Of a DNA stretch of 64,000 nucleotides, positions 31,201-42,786 are shown one piece after another. A program made the position numbers and the translations under genes. Position 1 is the first letter of the stretch. Each line of letters opens with the position of its first letter. The notes beneath the pieces were generated by a model, which was not told the origin of the DNA, searched no databases, and saw only the letters and a program-made list of their open reading frames with translations. Origin of the DNA: an uncultured Gammaproteobacteria bacterium. Its GTDB lineage: Bacteria > Pseudomonadota > Gammaproteobacteria > JAURND01. The stretch is taken from the NCBI GenBank assembly GCA_963714975.1, contig CAVQQD010000002.1, positions 544,001-608,000 on the forward strand, written 5' to 3'.

Positions 31201-32123
31201 GAGAGTTTCTCCATGGTGTGTAGTTTTGCGCTCCTTGCGCGGGGGTTAGCTTGTAATTCGCTCTCGCTGGGACGAATAACGCCGTTGATACGTTTTAAAC
31301 GTCGTAGCGATTGCAGTTGAGCATGAGTTAACGGCAATTCTCGGGGCACATGCGCGGTGTTGGCGTAAATTTGAAGAAACGCCTTGATGATTTGTTCCTC
31401 CAAGGAATGAAAGCTAATCACCAATAAACGCCCGCCGATGGTTAATGCAGTCAAGCACTGCGGGAGCACTGCCGTTAATTCCTCTAGCTCGTGGTTAATA
31501 AAAATTCGAATGGCTTGGAAAGTGCGCGTTGCCGGATGTTTATTGGGTTCCCAACGTGGGTGTGCCTGCGCCACAATTTCCGCTAATTGCAAAGTGGTGG
31601 TGATCGGCGTTAGTTGGCGCGCTTGGGCAATAGCAGTGGCAATGCGCTTGGCGAAACGCTCTTCGCCATATTCTTTTAATATTTGGCGAATTTCTTGCTC
31701 GCTGGCTTGATTGAGCCAGCGAGCTGCATTCATTGTTTGTGTGGTATCCATACGCATATCTAGAGGTCCGTCTCTAAGAAAGCTAAAACCGCGGTCAGCT
31801 TCATCTATTTGTGGTGATGAAACGCCTAAATCCAGCAGGATGCCATTGACTCTACCTTCCCAGCCACGTTGGCTGATGTTTTCGCCTAAACTGACGAAAG
31901 AACCTGCTTGCATGGAGAAGCGAGGGTCATTCATTAAGCCGCTTGCTGCGCTAACAGCCTGCGGGTCTTTATCTATTGCCAATAAGCGCCCAGCTGGCCC
32001 CAAATGGTTTAGTATCGCTGTGCTATGGCCGCCTCGACCAAACGTCGCATCGACATAAATGCCATTAGGCTCTATTGCTAAATGCGCAATCACTTCGTCA
32101 AGTAATACAGGTCGATGCTTCAT
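31197..32123 (-). CDS. rsmH: 16S rRNA m4C1402 methyltransferase RsmH
   Basis: HRPVLL, DATFGRGGHS, DLGVSSPQID, RGFSF, HPATRTFQAIRI, NPRARSAKL. Confidence 0.98.
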   Translation of the reverse strand: MKHRPVLLDEVIAHLAIEPNGIYVDATFGRGGHSTAILNHLGPAGRLLAIDKDPQAVSAASGLMNDPRFSMQAGSFVSLGENISQRGWEGRVNGILLDLGVSSPQIDEADRGFSFLRDGPLDMRMDTTQTMNAARWLNQASEQEIRQILKEYGEERFAKRIATAIAQARQLTPITTTLQLAEIVAQAHPRWEPNKHPATRTFQAIRIFINHELEELTAVLPQCLTALTIGGRLLVISFHSLEEQIIKAFLQIYANTAHVPRELPLTHAQLQSLRRLKRINGVIRPSESELQANPRARSAKLHTMEKLS

Positions 32124-32160
32124 AAAAAATGCGTTCGTAGATATTTTTATTATTATGTTC

Positions 32161-32616
32161 TTATAACGAAAAAGACTGCAGTTCCGGTGGCGTCAGTTCC
32201 TCTTGGGATTCTTCAGACAACCATCCGTCTCGTCCCGACTGCCAATTTTTCTCGCTCCAAAGCTCAAATTTTTTCCCTTGCCCTACCAAAATGACTTGTT
32301 TTTCGAGGTGGGCATAATCACGTAATAAAGTAGGCAATAAGAATCGACCATTACTATCCAGTTCTATTTCAGTGGCATGTCCAATCAGCAGACGTTGAAT
32401 TCGTCTGGTGGCTTTATGAAAACTCGGTAGTGCATCGATTTTTGCTTCAATTAACTCCCATTCGGGGAGTGGATAAAGTAATAAGCAAGCTGCTTGTGTA
32501 TCGATAGTGAGAATAAGCTGTCCCTTGGATAGGGTTTCCAGACGAGCACGATAGCGAGCGGGTATCGCTAAACGTCCTTTAGGGTCCAGACTTATTAAGT
32601 TTATTCCTCGGAACAC
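32161..32616 (-). CDS. mraZ: Division/cell wall cluster regulator MraZ
   Basis: DPKGRLAIP and DSNGRFLLP repeats, GQGKKFELW. Confidence 0.97.
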   Translation of the reverse strand: MFRGINLISLDPKGRLAIPARYRARLETLSKGQLILTIDTQAACLLLYPLPEWELIEAKIDALPSFHKATRRIQRLLIGHATEIELDSNGRFLLPTLLRDYAHLEKQVILVGQGKKFELWSEKNWQSGRDGWLSEESQEELTPPELQSFSL

Positions 32617-33962
32617 AACTTTACTCCACTATCACCCACTTTTCTCCACATTATGGCACTAAATTTCCAAAATGCAAGAAGGTGCGCAATGCGCACCACC
32701 CGAATTTCCTTCTCCCCTTGTGGGAGAAGGAATAATGACGGACAGTCAAGCTCGCTTGATAATCCCCATGTCCCCACAAGACATGCTACGAGTTTTTGGG
32801 GAATGGTGATTTTTTTTGGGGGGGGGAAAGACTCTGGGTTGAGGAGATTTTCCTCCGATCTGGATATAACTTTTGGATCCTTTGGTATTTTAAAAACTTG
32901 TTGCGCTTTTTGTTCTTGGATTTGTTGAAATTGTTTTTCTCGTTCTTCTTCTTCATCATCAGAGTGGTAGGATGCAGCATTACTCATCAGGCTTTCTCTG
33001 CTTATGGTAGGGTATACCCCCTTGAAGGTTCGTATATAGGGGGGGCTGGTAGGATCCTGGTCGATGCGGCGTTGGCTTAGATTTAGATTTGAATCATCCG
33101 TCGTTCTTGGTTGCACTTCTGGGGTTTTGGGGATAGGGAGTGTTTCAAGTAGGGGGATATAGCGTGGTCTCGAGAGCAAAGTTTTATAAGCAATTTCGGC
33201 CCCTTCGCCAAACAGGCCATGCGCAAGGCCATAACTTAAATCTTTTCCCACTAGACTGAGCCTAGTTTTCCAAGGCAGATGTTCATCAATCTCGGTGGTC
33301 GAGATTTTGCATGGCTCGGTGAATTGTGCATAAATACTATCGGTAATAATTCGGGCAATGAGTATGGTGATAGAGAGCATCATTAGATAGTGCATTTCTG
33401 TGGATAGAGAGTTTGAGCTAATATTTAGTTTTCTTTTAATAAACTCGAGAGAAAGTTGCGTAGATTGATAGTCTTTAGCGAGCCAAATTGCAGGAATTGC
33501 CGTGACGACAAAATCAAGCGTGTACTCGCTGAGTTTTTTTTCATAATTTTTATTTTGTAAATAGATTTCCTCATCGGATATACGCGCTAGTTGCGTATGC
33601 AGGTCTTTATACTCAGCACTTGCTATAGCAATTTTATAGGCATTAATAGCCTCAATTTTCCTTTTTCGCTGATGCGCTAATTTGTGCAGGGCATTGTCCT
33701 TGTTGAAATAACGATAAAGCGTTTTGAATAAAGAAAGGCAGGAACCTAGAAAAGGTAAACTAAGATTTAAAATACTATGCAGACCCACGCTAATCCAGGA
33801 TGCCCACCCTGGTGCTGGGATATTAGCTTGTGCTTCTAGTTGCGCTTGCTGGTGTGGCTCGGAAAGTTGTGGTTCTTTCCCAGTGGTTGGGGCTTTGGGA
33901 ACCTCTGGGTCATAGTTATCACTAGAATCAGACCTTGATTTTTCTTCTTTGATGTTTTCCAA
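32601..33962 (-). CDS. Hypothetical membrane protein (candidate effector); true 3' end possibly at 32786
   Basis: Long ORF with hydrophobic segments and an acidic DDEEEE stretch; tail runs through a homopolymer, a family B repeat and the mraZ promoter. Confidence 0.65.
   Translation of the reverse strand: MENIKEEKSRSDSSDNYDPEVPKAPTTGKEPQLSEPHQQAQLEAQANIPAPGWASWISVGLHSILNLSLPFLGSCLSLFKTLYRYFNKDNALHKLAHQRKRKIEAINAYKIAIASAEYKDLHTQLARISDEEIYLQNKNYEKKLSEYTLDFVVTAIPAIWLAKDYQSTQLSLEFIKRKLNISSNSLSTEMHYLMMLSITILIARIITDSIYAQFTEPCKISTTEIDEHLPWKTRLSLVGKDLSYGLAHGLFGEGAEIAYKTLLSRPRYIPLLETLPIPKTPEVQPRTTDDSNLNLSQRRIDQDPTSPPYIRTFKGVYPTISRESLMSNAASYHSDDEEEEREKQFQQIQEQKAQQVFKIPKDPKVISRSEENLLNPESFPPPKKITIPQKLVACLVGTWGLSSELDCPSLFLLPQGEKEIRVVRIAHLLAFWKFSAIMWRKVGDSGVKLCSEE
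32621..32677 (-). promoter_or_regulatory. dcw promoter and MraZ-binding GTGG boxes
   Basis: Minus strand TTGCAT-16-CATAAT followed by GTGGAGAAAA GTGGGTGATA GTGGAGTAAA (10-bp period). Confidence 0.75.
32703..32735. repeat. Family B element
   Basis: ttccttctccccttgtgggagaaggaa. Confidence 0.88.
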
Positions 33963-34102
33963 AGTTTTTTCCTATAGATCAGGATGTTACATTAGTGAAT
34001 TATGCGGCAGTTTAGCTGGTGATTTAAAAAATATCATCAATTTGATGGTTTTAGCTTTAATGTTTAGCTAAATAACAACGTAAAGCTCGTTGTCCTGGCA
34101 TC

Positions 34103-34280
34103 CTGCAGGAAATCCCCTCTCCCCCGCCTGAGCGTCAGCGAAGGAAGGTGGGAGAGGGTTAGGGAGAGGGGGGTGGTGGATCTGGCTCTGCCCTCATCCG
34201 TATGCTTTGCCACATTCATGAGATCCCTCGCTTCGCTCGGGATGACATCTTTCGCTCGGATGACACCTGGGGGGAGGGAA
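34103..34280. repeat. Mosaic of family B and family A elements
   Basis: 34111-34200 nearly identical to 52751-52840; 34208-34267 is a family A half-element with a duplicated tail. Confidence 0.88.
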
Positions 34281-34373
34281 TAAAGCCGAGGCTAAAAAAA
34301 CATTGGAAAAAAATCCTAATTTTTGGTAAATTATTGCCATTCAGATTATTTAAAATTAAGAGGGGTGAGATAT

Positions 34374-36539
34374 ATGGCAGAGCAGCCTGAGCAAAAGCAG
34401 GGCGAGAACAAAGAAGAAAATAGTGGGTCAGGGGTGTTTGAGCTAGTGCTTAATGATTCAGCAACCCCTGGAGGGCCTGAGCCACCAAAGGGGACCACCG
34501 ATCCGTCTATTATCATTTCTATCGACCCTAACAGCCCAATTACACCTCTGAACAAGGATTTCAGGCCTTTGAGGGGTGTGGTTAATCCCGATGCTAATCT
34601 GCCTCTTACTGGTAAACTTAAATCCGAAGTTAAAGAAAAAAAGGAACCTTACCCGGATCTGTTCGAGCACAAATACCCATCATTCTCTTTTTTCCACCCG
34701 TCTCATGAGCAACCTACAGAAATAAAAGTCCAGGGGGATGACATTGCCTCATTAAAAGCTCTCGCCGAAAAGATTAATAAAGGCGATTGGTACGAGGCAA
34801 AGAGTTATGTTGTTAATGGTCAGTGGAAAGATTTACGAGATAATCCTGAGCCATTTGTCGCATTTCTAACACAATTTGTAGGCTCGATGGGTAAGTATTC
34901 AGCTTCTTTTACTCAGCGCTTGTTACTATTACGTGAGATGCGGACCAATCTTGTTTTTAGTCCATTCTTTAACTGCCAGGAGAAAAATTATCCTATATTC
35001 TATGCAGCATTAGCATCTAACCAAGGAAAAGTAATCGACGAACTAATACGAGATAATCATAGCGATGTCACAGAATATATTCTTCACTGTGCTGTATATA
35101 AAAATAATGTACCTATGTTAGATCATTTGTTTGGAACAGTGAAACACCAGCGTGATCTGATCCGGAGAGCTTTAAGCATAGCCGTAGAGCATGAAAAAAT
35201 TCAAGGTTTTGCTAGCCTACTACAAAAATTGGACTTGAATTTACCGGAGCATCATCAAATTATCTCGGATCAGGTTTCTAGGATTGCCTTGGGAAATTTA
35301 CCCCCACGCACGAAAAATAAATTTCAAGTTTTATTGTTGAAAAAGTTACAAAAAGCTCCTTTTACATCAAGCGATACTAACTTAGCGGGTCAGGCGCCTT
35401 CTCCGTTCAAATTGGTTTTAGACTATTTCAAGTCAGATGCACCAGCTGATGATTATTGGGATCAAGTGATCCCTTATGTCATGCAATCGCCGGAAGAAGA
35501 GAAAAAAAACGGCATGGCCACAGAACACAAAGAGGAATCAAGTTATCTAAAGATTCCAGCGAAGAAAGAAAGGGCAGGGAAATTACGTTGCAGTCAAGCT
35601 CTTGCTGCAGCTGCACAAGCCCCAATTGAGGGTGAACATAGTTTTTTTGAAAAATTAGTAAAGTATGTGCGTGAGAAAATTGCCATTGAGCTAAATTACC
35701 ATGAAAACTTTCATATTGTGGGGGGTATACCGGAAGAACTAGAACGTAAGCCTGGTGTTCTCTATGTTGTACTAGGTTCTTCACAGGTAGAAGTTGCTTC
35801 TGCGAAAGCTAAACAAAAAATAGTAATGAAAGATGGGGCGATAATCCAAGCTGTAACTGAGATTGTGGGAAATCAAAAGGGTCAAGATGCAATTGGCAAT
35901 ATTATATCAATATGTGGTTTTGTTCCTGATGGTTTTACTAAAGCTAAGAAAGAACTTATTTCTTACGTCACTGAAGAACTTGACTATGTAATAGAGTCTA
36001 GTGCTAATAATTCTGGGTTCCATTTCCTCCCTGATTATGCCACTCGATTAATGAATGTAAAACAGCAATTGGAAGAAGAATTGGCTCGTGATTGGGATAC
36101 CGCTCATAGAAAACGCTGGGCAGCTCTAACTGCGGCTTTTGCCAAAATGGGAAGTTTGCACGATAGATGGCATCATCGTAGAGCGCCTGCTCCTTCGTTC
36201 CATGAATTTATGTTGGCTTATCAGGAGATTTTGCAGCGCTGTGATGCTTTACCAGAATTAATGCAGCGTAAAAAATGGACTAAGTTAGGCTTTTATTGGG
36301 GGTTGCCAATAATGTTGGCAATACCAGGAATCTGCATTTTAGGGATACCGCCTGTTACTGATGCGCTCATGAATTTAGTAAACGCACCTAGTCTTACTAC
36401 TTTTATTACGTATAACATTTTTCCAGTATATACTTTCCTCCTTACTGCATATGCCGTGGTAAGGAAATATGTGGAGGAAAATAAATTGTTAGAGGATCCT
36501 TTGCTTAGCCAGGCCAAAGCGCTGAGTGCGCCAGGGTGA
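34374..36539 (+). CDS. Ankyrin-repeat-like protein with two C-terminal TM helices (candidate effector)
   Basis: PIFYAALASNQGKVIDELI, ILHCAVYKNNVPMLDHLF, ALSIAVEHEKIQGFASLL; hydrophobic hairpin at the C-terminus. Confidence 0.7.
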   Translation: MAEQPEQKQGENKEENSGSGVFELVLNDSATPGGPEPPKGTTDPSIIISIDPNSPITPLNKDFRPLRGVVNPDANLPLTGKLKSEVKEKKEPYPDLFEHKYPSFSFFHPSHEQPTEIKVQGDDIASLKALAEKINKGDWYEAKSYVVNGQWKDLRDNPEPFVAFLTQFVGSMGKYSASFTQRLLLLREMRTNLVFSPFFNCQEKNYPIFYAALASNQGKVIDELIRDNHSDVTEYILHCAVYKNNVPMLDHLFGTVKHQRDLIRRALSIAVEHEKIQGFASLLQKLDLNLPEHHQIISDQVSRIALGNLPPRTKNKFQVLLLKKLQKAPFTSSDTNLAGQAPSPFKLVLDYFKSDAPADDYWDQVIPYVMQSPEEEKKNGMATEHKEESSYLKIPAKKERAGKLRCSQALAAAAQAPIEGEHSFFEKLVKYVREKIAIELNYHENFHIVGGIPEELERKPGVLYVVLGSSQVEVASAKAKQKIVMKDGAIIQAVTEIVGNQKGQDAIGNIISICGFVPDGFTKAKKELISYVTEELDYVIESSANNSGFHFLPDYATRLMNVKQQLEEELARDWDTAHRKRWAALTAAFAKMGSLHDRWHHRRAPAPSFHEFMLAYQEILQRCDALPELMQRKKWTKLGFYWGLPIMLAIPGICILGIPPVTDALMNLVNAPSLTTFITYNIFPVYTFLLTAYAVVRKYVEENKLLEDPLLSQAKALSAPG

Positions 36540-36545
36540 GGGACT

Positions 36546-37232
36546 TCACAACCCCCAATCAATCTCCTTTTTGCCCATCTGCTGCAGTAACGCATTGGTC
36601 CTGGAAAAATGTTTGCAGCCAAAGAAACCCCGATGCGCTGATAAGGGTGAGGGATGGGCGGCTTTTAAGATGTAATGCTTGGTTGGATCAATGAGTTCTC
36701 CTTTGCGTTGCGCAGGGGATCCCCAAAAAATAAAAATCAATCCTGCTTTTTCTGCATTGAGGATTTCAATGACTTTGTTGGTGAAGAGTTCCCAGCCGAT
36801 CTTGGCATGAGAATGCGGCAGTCCGGCTTCGACGGTTAAGATGGTGTTGAGTAATAACACCCCTTGCTTGGCCCATTTTTCTAGGCAACCCTGCTTAGGA
36901 ATTGGAACGCCCAGATCATTATGCAGTTCCTTAAAAATATTTTGTAATGAAGGGGGTGGGGTAATCCCGAGTGGTACGGAAAAACATAGGCCGTGCGCTT
37001 GGTTAGGGCCATGGTAAGGGTCTTGGCCGAGAATCACTACATTCACTTCCGCAAACGGGGTGTAGCGAAAGGCATTGAAAATGTCAGAATTTTTCGGGTA
37101 AATTTTCTTACCTGTCGCGGCCGCTTTTTTGAGAAAATCGAGGATCTGCAAAAAATAGGGTTGTTGTTTTTCATCAGCCAGTAAATTTTGCCAGGTTTTA
37201 TTAGCGAGAACCGCTGTTTTATTGTTATCCAT
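36546..37232 (-). CDS. ung: Uracil-DNA glycosylase
   Basis: [33 protein letters not shown]. Confidence 0.97.
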   Translation of the reverse strand: MDNNKTAVLANKTWQNLLADEKQQPYFLQILDFLKKAAATGKKIYPKNSDIFNAFRYTPFAEVNVVILGQDPYHGPNQAHGLCFSVPLGITPPPSLQNIFKELHNDLGVPIPKQGCLEKWAKQGVLLLNTILTVEAGLPHSHAKIGWELFTNKVIEILNAEKAGLIFIFWGSPAQRKGELIDPTKHYILKAAHPSPLSAHRGFFGCKHFSRTNALLQQMGKKEIDWGL

Positions 37233-37243
37233 GGTGACTCCAA

Positions 37244-38263
37244 ATGTATATTTTAGGCATTGAAACCTCGTGTGACGAAACCGCTGTGGCGATTTACGCG
37301 ACCGAGGGAGGGTTGTTGGCGCACACATTATATAGTCAAATTGATTTACATGCGCAATATGGCGGAGTAGTGCCTGAGCTGGCTTCGCGTGACCACGGGC
37401 GCCGCTTGTTGCCACTGGTGCGCCAAGTTCTGAGTGAGGCCCAGTTAAGCCTGCAACAACTTACCGGCATTGCCTATACCCAAGGCCCTGGATTAATCGG
37501 CGCCTTATTAGTGGGTGCTGCCTTTGCTCGTAGTTTAGCTTGGGCCTTAACTATTCCTTGCTTAGGGGTGCACCATCTGGAAGGGCATTTGTTAGCGCCA
37601 ATGTTAGAAGCCAAGGCGCCGGTTTTTCCATTTGTAGCGTTGTTAGTTTCCGGTGGGCATACTTTGTTAGTGGCCGTTGAAGCTTTGGGGCGTTATCAGG
37701 TGTTGGGTGAGACTTTGGACGATGCTGTGGGAGAGGCTTTTGACAAGACGGCAAAATTATTGGGGCTTCCTTATCCTGGCGGGGCGCAGCTGGCGCAGTT
37801 GGCTTTGCATGGCAACCTTCAGCGCTTTCATTTTCCTCGACCCATGATCGATCGTCCTGGGGTGGAGTTTAGCTTTAGTGGTCTTAAAACTTTTGCGCGT
37901 AATACTTTGCAGATGGCGGGCGACGATCCCCAAACTAAAGCAGATATTGCCTGTGCTTTTCAGCAAGCCATTGTGGATACCTTACGGATTAAATGTCAGC
38001 GGGCACTGGCAATGACTGGGATAAACCGGCTGGTGGTGGCGGGGGGAGTAGGGGCGAATCAAGCTTTGCGTACTGCGTTGCAGAATCACTTAGCTCCACA
38101 GGGCGTCGAGTTATTTTTCCCGCGTAAAGAATTTTGCACGGATAACGCCGCCATGATTGCCTATACCGGCTATCAGCGTTTAAGTGCTGGTCAGCGTGAT
38201 TTTGGCTTGGAAATCCAGGTCAAACCGCGCTGGCCAATTGAAGAGTTAGCTGCGGTGGGATAG
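37244..38263 (+). CDS. tsaD: tRNA threonylcarbamoyltransferase TsaD
   Basis: [48 protein letters not shown]. Confidence 0.98.
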   Translation: MYILGIETSCDETAVAIYATEGGLLAHTLYSQIDLHAQYGGVVPELASRDHGRRLLPLVRQVLSEAQLSLQQLTGIAYTQGPGLIGALLVGAAFARSLAWALTIPCLGVHHLEGHLLAPMLEAKAPVFPFVALLVSGGHTLLVAVEALGRYQVLGETLDDAVGEAFDKTAKLLGLPYPGGAQLAQLALHGNLQRFHFPRPMIDRPGVEFSFSGLKTFARNTLQMAGDDPQTKADIACAFQQAIVDTLRIKCQRALAMTGINRLVVAGGVGANQALRTALQNHLAPQGVELFFPRKEFCTDNAAMIAYTGYQRLSAGQRDFGLEIQVKPRWPIEELAAVG

Positions 38264-38265
38264 AA

Positions 38266-38302
38266 TTCCCGCTCCCCTCTCCCGCTTGCGGGAGAAGGAA
38301 TT
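38266..38302. repeat. Family B element between tsaD and thrS
   Basis: cctctcccgcttgcgggagaagg. Confidence 0.8.
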
Positions 38303-38321
38303 TATTCAACAAGGATCCCCT

Positions 38322-40253
38322 ATGCCAATTATTACTTTGCCCGATGGGCATACTAAACATTTCCCCCAACCGGTAACTGTGGCTGAAGTCGCAGCGAGTA
38401 TAGGTTCTGGTCTAGCTAAAGCGGCGTTGGCTGGAAAAGTGAACGGCCAATTGGTTGATACTTCCTACTTGCTGGAGCAAGATGTCGAAGCCAATCTGGC
38501 CATCATTACTGACAAAGATCCGGAAGGCCTGGAAATACTCCGGCATTCGTCGGCGCATTTATTAGCTCACGCCGTGAAACAATTGTTTCCGCAAGCACAA
38601 GTGACGATTGGACCGGTTATTGCCGATGGTTTTTATTATGATTTCTCTTATCCACCTGGTTTCACTCTTGACGATTTGCTTGCGATTGAAGCACGGATGC
38701 GCGAACTAGCGGCGCAGGATTTCTCCGTCAGCCGCAAGGTGGTGACCCGGGAAGAAGCCTTGGCTTTTTTTCGAGCCCAAGGTGAAATTTACAAGGCGCA
38801 GATTATCGAGGCTATCCCCGAAACCGAAACACTCAGCTTGTATCAACAAGGCGATTTCGTCGATCTCTGCCGCGGCCCGCATGTACCGCGTACCGGAATG
38901 TTAAAAGTATTTAAATTAACGCATTTAGCCGGCGCTTATTGGCGGGGTGATGCTAATAATGAAATGCTGCAGCGGATTTATGGCACGGCTTGGTCGGATA
39001 AAAAAGCTTTAGAGGATTATCTGCATCGACTCGAAGAAGCTGAAAAACGTGATCATCGTAAATTGGCAAAGAAATTAGATTTATTTCATTTGCAAGAAGA
39101 AGCTCCAGGAATGGTGTTTTGGCATCCGGATGGTTGGACGATTTATCAAACGATCGAGCGCTATCTACGTCGCAAACTGCGTCAACAGGATTATCAGGAA
39201 ATCCGTACCCCGCAATTATTGGATCGAAGTTTATGGGAAAAATCCGGCCATTGGGACAAATTTGGCGAGGATATGTTTTATTCTGAATCGGAATCGCGGC
39301 ATTTTGCTATTAAGCCCATGAACTGTCCTTGCCATGTCCAAGTGTTCAAGCAAGGCTTGCGTAGTTATCGAGATTTGCCATTGCGCCTAGCTGAATTTGG
39401 AGTGTTACATCGTAATGAATCCTCGGGTAGCTTGCATGGCTTATTGCGTGTGCGCAGTTTTGTGCAAGATGATGGGCATATTTTCTGTACTGAAGAACAA
39501 ATTGTTTCAGAGGGGGTGCGCTTTATTCAGCAACTGCGTGAGGTGTATGCGGATTTTGGCTTTAATTCCATTATCGTCAAATTATCTACTCGTCCTGATA
39601 AACGCATTGGCAGCGATGAGATTTGGGATAAGGCTGAGCAAGCACTGAAAGAGGTACTCAATGCCAGCGATATGGCTTGGGAATTGCAGCCCGGCGAGGG
39701 GGGGTTTTACGGTCCTAAATTGGAATTTTCGCTCCGTGATTGCCTGCAGCGGGTTTGGCAGCTAGGGACCTTGCAAGTGGATTTTTTTATGCCAGAACGC
39801 TTAGGCGCTTATTATATTGCAGAAGATAATTCGAAGCGCGCGCCAGTGATGCTGCATCGCGCAGTGATTGGTACTTTTGAGCGCTTTATTGGCATTCTCC
39901 TCGAAGAATATGCCGGCAATTTGCCGCTGTGGCTTGCGCCAGTGCAGGTAGTAGTCATGAATATTACCGATCAGCAACGCAAATATGTACAGCAGGTCAC
40001 TGAATCACTAAAAACTCAGGACATTCGTGCGATTGCTGACCTGAGAAACGAGAAAGTAGGCTTTAAAATCCGTGAACATAGCATGAAGCATGTTCCCTAT
40101 CAGCTGATTTTAGGCGATCGCGAGTTACAGACTAATACGGTGGCAGTGCGGAATCGAGCTGGGGAAGATTTAGGCAGTATGTCATTAGAGTCATTCGTGG
40201 CGCAGCTGGCGCTTGGACCTTCCCTTAAGAAAAAACCACATTACATTGTTTGA
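38322..40253 (+). CDS. thrS: Threonine--tRNA ligase
   Basis: ITLPDG TGS domain, [37 protein letters not shown]. Confidence 0.98.
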   Translation: MPIITLPDGHTKHFPQPVTVAEVAASIGSGLAKAALAGKVNGQLVDTSYLLEQDVEANLAIITDKDPEGLEILRHSSAHLLAHAVKQLFPQAQVTIGPVIADGFYYDFSYPPGFTLDDLLAIEARMRELAAQDFSVSRKVVTREEALAFFRAQGEIYKAQIIEAIPETETLSLYQQGDFVDLCRGPHVPRTGMLKVFKLTHLAGAYWRGDANNEMLQRIYGTAWSDKKALEDYLHRLEEAEKRDHRKLAKKLDLFHLQEEAPGMVFWHPDGWTIYQTIERYLRRKLRQQDYQEIRTPQLLDRSLWEKSGHWDKFGEDMFYSESESRHFAIKPMNCPCHVQVFKQGLRSYRDLPLRLAEFGVLHRNESSGSLHGLLRVRSFVQDDGHIFCTEEQIVSEGVRFIQQLREVYADFGFNSIIVKLSTRPDKRIGSDEIWDKAEQALKEVLNASDMAWELQPGEGGFYGPKLEFSLRDCLQRVWQLGTLQVDFFMPERLGAYYIAEDNSKRAPVMLHRAVIGTFERFIGILLEEYAGNLPLWLAPVQVVVMNITDQQRKYVQQVTESLKTQDIRAIADLRNEKVGFKIREHSMKHVPYQLILGDRELQTNTVAVRNRAGEDLGSMSLESFVAQLALGPSLKKKPHYIV

Positions 40254-40260
40254 GTATCTC

Positions 40261-42786
40261 ATGATCCCAAAAAACCTTACTCCAGAAGTCGTCAAGTCCT
40301 TATTTAACGAAGTCTTTTTCTCTCGTGGTGAGGAATACCATAATGAGGGCAAGGTAAAATTGCTTGACATCCAGCAGAAGAAAAACCATCGGTGGAGGGT
40401 GTCCTCCGAAGTCCAGGGCAGTGATCCCTATGATTATAATGTGGATACCCAAATTGAACAAAAAGGAAATCGCTTCATTATTCGGGGAAAGTGCACCTGT
40501 CCCCTGTCTTTATCTAACTGAAAAGGAGGTCCAAATACAACGCAAAAATCAGTGGTCAGTCGAGAGGGTAAAGCTTCCGCTAGCCTAGCCACAGTGAGTT
40601 TTCGCTATGGAATTGCCCAAATCCCCTGGGAAGATTCAAGGCAGATTGTCCATGCTTTTAATGGCAAGGAGCTTGCCCAGTACAATAGAGATCTTATTGC
40701 TGAGGAAACTGCCCTACGTTACCTCACGCAGACTCATCACCTGAGTCCCATTGCATCCGAGCATCTTTCATTCAATATACCCTCCAATATCACCTCTTCG
40801 AGCAATTCGAACAGTTTTTTGCTCGGACCGGATGATGAGGCCGATCCGAATACATTTACCCTTGAGGTCCTGCCAAAGTTACGCCATGCAGGATGGCAGA
40901 TTGATATTGACAGCGACTATCCCTGGGACATCATCGATGTGCCTATGGATGCTTGGTATGCCAATCTTGAAGAAGATAGTAGTGGCATTGACTGGTTTGG
41001 GTTGGAACTTGGCATTCTATCGCCCTCTGGCGAAAAGATAAATCTCTTGCCCATCTTGCAACGCTATCTTGCAAATCCGCCCAAAGATTCTGACACAGCA
41101 AAAAAGATGATCACCCGTTTAGAGGACGGAAGAAAAATTGCCCTTCCTATGGAAAGAATTAAAAATGCGGCCAATATACTGATTGATATTTTCAGTCGCA
41201 CCACCGGATCTGTTGATATACTGCGTCTTTCCCGTCTTGAAGCGATGCGACTAGCCGGACTCAAAAGCGCACTCAATGCGGCAGCATTGCGCTGGCATGG
41301 TGAGCACGAAATTCTGGAAACGGCTAAAAAACTCTCAACATTAGACGGTCTTCAAGAAGTTTCTATCCCTGGGCTATTTCAGGGCCAGCTTCGCCCCTAT
41401 CAACAAAAAGGCCTAAATTGGTTGCAATTTCTCAGGGAATATCAATTCAGTGGGATTCTGTCGGATGATATGGGGCTTGGAAAAACCATTCAAGCCATTG
41501 CGCACATCAGTGTGGAAAAACACTCTGGACGGCTGCAAAAACCAGTGCTGGTGTTAGCTCCCACCAGCCTGATGTTTAACTGGCAGGCTGAACTCGAGCG
41601 ATTTTCTCCCGATCTTCGGGTATTGCTTCTCCATGGCGCCCAACGTAGGCAGCATCATGACAAGATCAATGAATCTGATGTTGTGCTAACCACCTACCCG
41701 TTGTTGGCGAGGGATAAGGGAGTTCTTTTGAAACACGAGTTTCATCTGCTAATCCTCGATGAGGCGCAGGCTATTAAAAACTACCGTACTCAGGCCGCCC
41801 AGATCGTTATGCAAATTTGTGCCAGACACCGGCTTTGCATGACAGGAACTCCGATGGAAAATCATCTTGGTGAGCTGTGGTCCTTATTTCACTTTATGAT
41901 GCCTAGATTTCTTGGCACAGAAAAACAGTTCAGAACCCTGTTCCGAATCCCCATTGAAAAAGAACAGAATGAAGGCAGGCGTAAAAACCTTGCGCGTATT
42001 GTTGCCCCATTCCTGCTGAGAAGAAAAAAAGCCGATGTTGTCAAGGAACTACCAGACAAAACAGAAATCTTACAGACTGTTGAGCTCGATACTGAGCAGC
42101 GTGATCTCTACGAGACAATTCGTCTTTCAATGCAGAAAAAACTGCGTGAATCAATAAAAAAAATGGGGCTTGCGCGCAGTCATATCATGATTTTGGATGC
42201 TCTACTGAAGTTACGTCAAATATGCTGTGATCCCCGCCTGCTGAAGGGAGACCCAAAAGCCAACAAGCTGCCTTCGGCAAAGCTTGATCTATTGATGTCC
42301 ATGCTTCCCGAGCTGGTAGAGGAAGGACGACGGATTTTGCTGTTCTCGCAGTTTACTGAGATGTTAGGCCTGATCGAACAAGAGCTGAATGCCATCCAGA
42401 TACCTTATGTCATACTGACAGGTCAAACCCGAGACCGCAGGAAGCCTGTTGAGAATTTTCAATCCTGTAAAGTAACGATTTTTCTTATTAGCTTGAAAGC
42501 AGGTGGAACTGGCTTAAATCTGACTGCAGCAGACACAGTGATCCATTATGACCCTTGGTGGAATCCCGCAGTAGAAAATCAAGCGACCGACCAGGCACAC
42601 CGCATTGGACAGGACAAAAAAGTTTTTGTATACCGTCTTGTGACACAGGGCACAGTTGAGGAAAAGATCGTGGAGCTCCAGCAACGCAAACACGCGTTGG
42701 CAGAGAGCCTTTTGAATACCGATGCTAAAAGTGGCTCAGCATTCTCTATGGATGACTTGCAGATCCTGCTTGGGCCGCTTAAGTAG
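40261..42786 (+). pseudogene. SWIM-SNF2 family helicase, internally deleted and frameshifted
   Basis: SWIM starts CTCP then breaks; tagcc duplication ~40581-40590; LRPYQ, DDMGLGKT, DEAQ, TGTPMEN, WWNPAVENQATDQAHRIGQ (conserved Arg replaced by Gln). Confidence 0.8.

Noticed and set aside
37233-37415. 61-aa N-terminal extension of Ung
   Set aside because: It overlaps tsaD on the opposite strand; Ung homology starts near ATG 37232
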